Source: Azolla caroliniana
Taxonomy: Eukaryota > Plantae > Polypodiophyta
Direction: 5' to 3'
NCBI GenBank assembly: GCA_043228905.1
Contig: JBHGNT010000007.1
Coordinates: 10,354,001-10,418,000 of the forward strand
DNA: 64,000 bases
The notes beneath the pieces were generated by a model. It was given only the letters and a program-made list of their open reading frames with translations. It was not told where the DNA came from and searched no databases. Numbering within the stretch: the first letter of the stretch is position 1; every line of letters starts with the position of its first letter. Positions 60,828-64,000 of the stretch are shown here, piece after piece. Made by a program: the position numbers and the translations under genes.

Positions 60828-63800
60828 TGTCGGGCCCAGTTCTCATGGTCCTGACGATAATTGGTCGTTCCTTATGCACAACGCTCGACCACAACCAAGC
60901 TTAGAATGATACACAGAAAAATATGGGAAATAAAACACGACAAGGAGAAGAGGAATATACACAGGAGGTTTACGTGGAAAACCCCAAACTAGGGGAAAAA
61001 CCACGGCAGCCCACAGGCTGCAAACTGTCACTATGTAAGAATGTACAAAACAGTGAGTTCACGGAGGCAATGACCTCTTGCTCACGATCTTCGTCATAGG
61101 CGGCGGTTACAACAGAGGCAACGACCTCTTTCTCTCTCTCTCTATACAGTTACGCACACACTCTATTCTTGCACCAACAAGAATGACAACTACTACTAAA
61201 AGTTTGCCCTAAGTCATATTTATACTAATATGACTTTTCAGCTATTTACAAATATAGCCTCGATGGACTCTCAGAAACATATTTACGAATATGTCTCTTC
61301 ATCCGGTTCTCATCGGGTCTGCACCATCCGGTTTCGGCCTCGGTCTCGGCCTCGGCCGAGTACTCCTCATCCGGTCTTCACCGGGTCTGCATCATCCAGC
61401 TCTCCGTAGCCGGGTACTCCTTATACGGTTTCGGCCTCGGCCGAGTTTGTTCATCGGCACTGTTCTTCTCCCTTCCCATTCGGAGGGACATGTCTCCCAA
61501 CAAACTCCCCCTTCACTCCGGCATGGGGTGTCTTACCAGTCTGATTCTCTTCCGGCATGCATCCAGCTTGTCGGGTATTAGCACTTTGGTCAGCATATCT
61601 GACCCGTTCTCGGCCGTGTGGATCTTCATCAGTGCGGACTCTTGGTCATCTACTCTTTCCCGGATCCAGTGATACCTCCGCTGGATATGCTTCGTCCGGG
61701 AATGGTAGGCAGCATTCTTAGTAAGGTGGATGGCACTTTGACGTCCACGCCCTTCTTCTACTGGAACCCCTTCACCACGATCCTGGCTTTGTATCTCGGG
61801 GGGTTGCCGGCATCTCCCGGTTTCAACTTGTACACCCACTTGTTTCGGAGTGCCCGTTTTCCTTTCGGCAACTCCACCAATTCGTACGTATGGTTCTCAT
61901 GCAGGGAATCCATCTCATCCTGCATGGCACTTAACCATTTTCGGTTGTGGGTGTCCTCCTTCGCTTCTTCGAAGCTTTCCGGCTCCCCCTCATCGGTCAG
62001 TAGAACATGCTCTGCATCCGGAAATCTCCGGGGGGCCCTTCTTCTCTCTGAGAGGATATCTCCGTCTTTGGGCTTCGGTAGCCGGCTCCTCCATTTGCTC
62101 TTCATCCAAATCCGATTCGGGGTCTTGGCCGGTTCCGGTTTCTGCTTCCTCTACTTCTTCTTCAGCCTGTTCGGTATCCTCACCGTAACCGGCTGGTTCC
62201 TCGAGTGCTAACCGGTCTCTTGCCGGTTGGGTCCGCTCATCGTAGACTCGATCCTTACCAGTCGACTCGGAGTTCATTATCTTCTTCTCCGACTCCCAGT
62301 CGGCAAGCGTCTTGTCCTCCATGAAGATAATATCTCGACTCCGGAATACCTTCTTGTCGACCGGGTCCCACACTCGGTAGCCAAACTCGTCGTCACCGTA
62401 ACCGAGGAATATGCATGGCCGGGTCTTTGGATCTAACTTTCCTCTCCGGTCCTTAGCTACATGCATGTACGCGAGACACCCGAACACCTTCAGATGCCGG
62501 TAGGATACTTCCTTACCGGTCCACACTCTCTGTGGCGTGTCTCCGTCCAAGGGTACTGAGGGTGATCTATTTATCACATATGTCGCCGTCGACAGTGCCT
62601 CAGCCCAAAACTTCTTGGGTAGTTTTGCATGCGCTAGCATACTCCGGACCCTCTCCATTATGGTCCGGTTCATCCTCTCGGCCAGTCCGTTTAGTTCCGG
62701 CGTCTTCGGCACGGTAAATTCGAGCCGGATTCCCTTCGAGCAGCAGTACTCCTCGAACTGCCCCCGGTATTCTCCTCCATTATCTGCTCGAACCGCCTTC
62801 AGCTTCCGGCCGGTTTCTCTTTCCACTCTCACGTGGAGCTCTTTGAAGACGGATAATACCTGATCCTTCGTCTTCAACGGTGTGGCCCACAGCTTCCGGC
62901 TGTGGTCATCTATGAACGTCACGAAGTACTGCGCTCCGGCATGTGACTTCGTGTCTACTTGACACACGTCCGTATGCACCAACTCCAGTGGTGCATTACG
63001 TCTCATCGGTGGCCTTGGTCGGAAGGAGGTCCAGTTCTGCTTACCGGCCAGACAATCAGTGCACTTCTCCAAGTGCACGTTCTTCACTGGAATGAGGTTG
63101 TCTTCTGCAAGCCTCTTCATCCCCTTCTCGCTCATGTGACACAGCCTCTTGTGCCATAGCTCACCGGCAGTGTCGGATGCCACGTTCACTTCCTCCGGAC
63201 CTAACCGGGCATTCATCAGGTATAGTGTGTTTACCTTCCGGGCCCGAGCCACAATCAGGCTCCCTTTGCTGAACTTCATGACGCCGTTCCGGATGCTACC
63301 CATGTAGCCCTCATCATCTAGCCGACCGGCTGATATCAGGTTCAGTCGAACCTCCGGAACGTGTCGGACATTCTTCAGCAGCAACTTGCATCCGGTTGGT
63401 GTCAACAACCACACGTCTCCTATGCCGACAATTCGGCATGTACCCTCATTCCCCATCCGGACACAGCCGTGATCACCAGCTGAGTAGGATGAGAAGCATT
63501 TATGGTCCGGGGTAAGGTGGAACGATGCTCCGGAGTCTACCACCCAGGTCATCTCGTCGTCGGCAAGGTTTATCTCACTCTCCTCGGTGATGAGCATCAA
63601 CTCTTCTTCACTTGCCGCGATTGCCGTCGTTCCCTTCCGGTCCGGCCCCCTTCGGTCTTTACCGTTCCGGTCTGGGGTCCGCTTTGAATCGGTACCGTCG
63701 GTCTCCTTATCTTTTCGGAAATGCCGACAGTTCTTTTGGAAGTGTCCCGGCTTGCCGCAATAGAAGCAGGTAGGTCTTCCCCTTGACTTTGACCGTGTCC

Positions 63801-64000
63801 CCGACTTCTCCCGGTTCTGGGGACTATGGTTTCTATGTCTTCCTCGTTCCGATTCGGTAAGGAGCGCTTTGGAGTCGGAGCTTGTATCTTTGTCTTTCCG
63901 ACACGCCTCCTCGTCTAGCAAGCTCGACTTTACTCTTGCTAGGGATAAACGTCTCCCAGCTATCTGGGAGGGAACCGAGCAGGAGTAGCGCTAGTACCTT
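60828..64000 (-). mobile_element. Ty1/copia element lacking most of RT/RNase H; 3' LTR 60828-61502; runs off the window end
   Basis: LTR TGTTGGG...CCCGACA and PPT AAGGGGGAG; the RT start KARIVVKGFQ is joined directly to the RNase H end QSAIHL..TKHI. Confidence 0.92.
61990..63921 (-). CDS. Copia gag C-terminus, protease and integrase polyprotein segment (643 aa, open)
   Basis: CFYCGKPGHFQKNC zinc knuckle, VVDSGAS protease, LWHKRLCH..CTDC, DDE core (TDVC, ADNGGEY, AERMNRT), KLDPK. Confidence 0.88.
   Translation of the reverse strand: MLDEEACRKDKDTSSDSKALLTESERGRHRNHSPQNREKSGTRSKSRGRPTCFYCGKPGHFQKNCRHFRKDKETDGTDSKRTPDRNGKDRRGPDRKGTTAIAASEEELMLITEESEINLADDEMTWVVDSGASFHLTPDHKCFSSYSAGDHGCVRMGNEGTCRIVGIGDVWLLTPTGCKLLLKNVRHVPEVRLNLISAGRLDDEGYMGSIRNGVMKFSKGSLIVARARKVNTLYLMNARLGPEEVNVASDTAGELWHKRLCHMSEKGMKRLAEDNLIPVKNVHLEKCTDCLAGKQNWTSFRPRPPMRRNAPLELVHTDVCQVDTKSHAGAQYFVTFIDDHSRKLWATPLKTKDQVLSVFKELHVRVERETGRKLKAVRADNGGEYRGQFEEYCCSKGIRLEFTVPKTPELNGLAERMNRTIMERVRSMLAHAKLPKKFWAEALSTATYVINRSPSVPLDGDTPQRVWTGKEVSYRHLKVFGCLAYMHVAKDRRGKLDPKTRPCIFLGYGDDEFGYRVWDPVDKKVFRSRDIIFMEDKTLADWESEKKIMNSESTGKDRVYDERTQPARDRLALEEPAGYGEDTEQAEEEVEEAETGTGQDPESDLDEEQMEEPATEAQRRRYPLREKKGPPEISGCRACSTDR

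Noticed and set aside
1-61502. Inverted LTR homology at both window ends as one giant element
   Set aside because: The two LTRs are clearly diverged, and the right one is the 3' LTR of its own element; they are independent insertions.

Overview
This is a transposon-dense eukaryotic window, most consistent with a free-sporing land plant with flagellated sperm (fern-like; inferred from gene content). It holds two convergent host genes. The first is a ~19-exon CCDC146/MBO2-like axonemal coiled-coil gene (+, 8716-26258) with one GC-AG intron and TE-filled introns. The second is a 3-exon LPAT4/5-type lysophospholipid acyltransferase (-, 29867-32639). The rest is nested, mostly decayed Ty1/copia elements, Ty3/gypsy fragments, a multi-copy RTEX-like LINE family with a conserved 3' hairpin and (TTTC)n tail, a tRNA-derived SINE and three hAT MITEs. 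The most unusual object is a 1.8-kb non-coding LTR element (44680-46464, TSD CCTAA). It has a Tf1-type self-priming site instead of a tRNA PBS, a tRNA-like antisense segment at the LTR start, and a 3' LTR replaced by a 91-bp fold-back hairpin. A copia RT segment has also been amplified into a nested 773-bp tandem array. All calls were made by eye without database searches.
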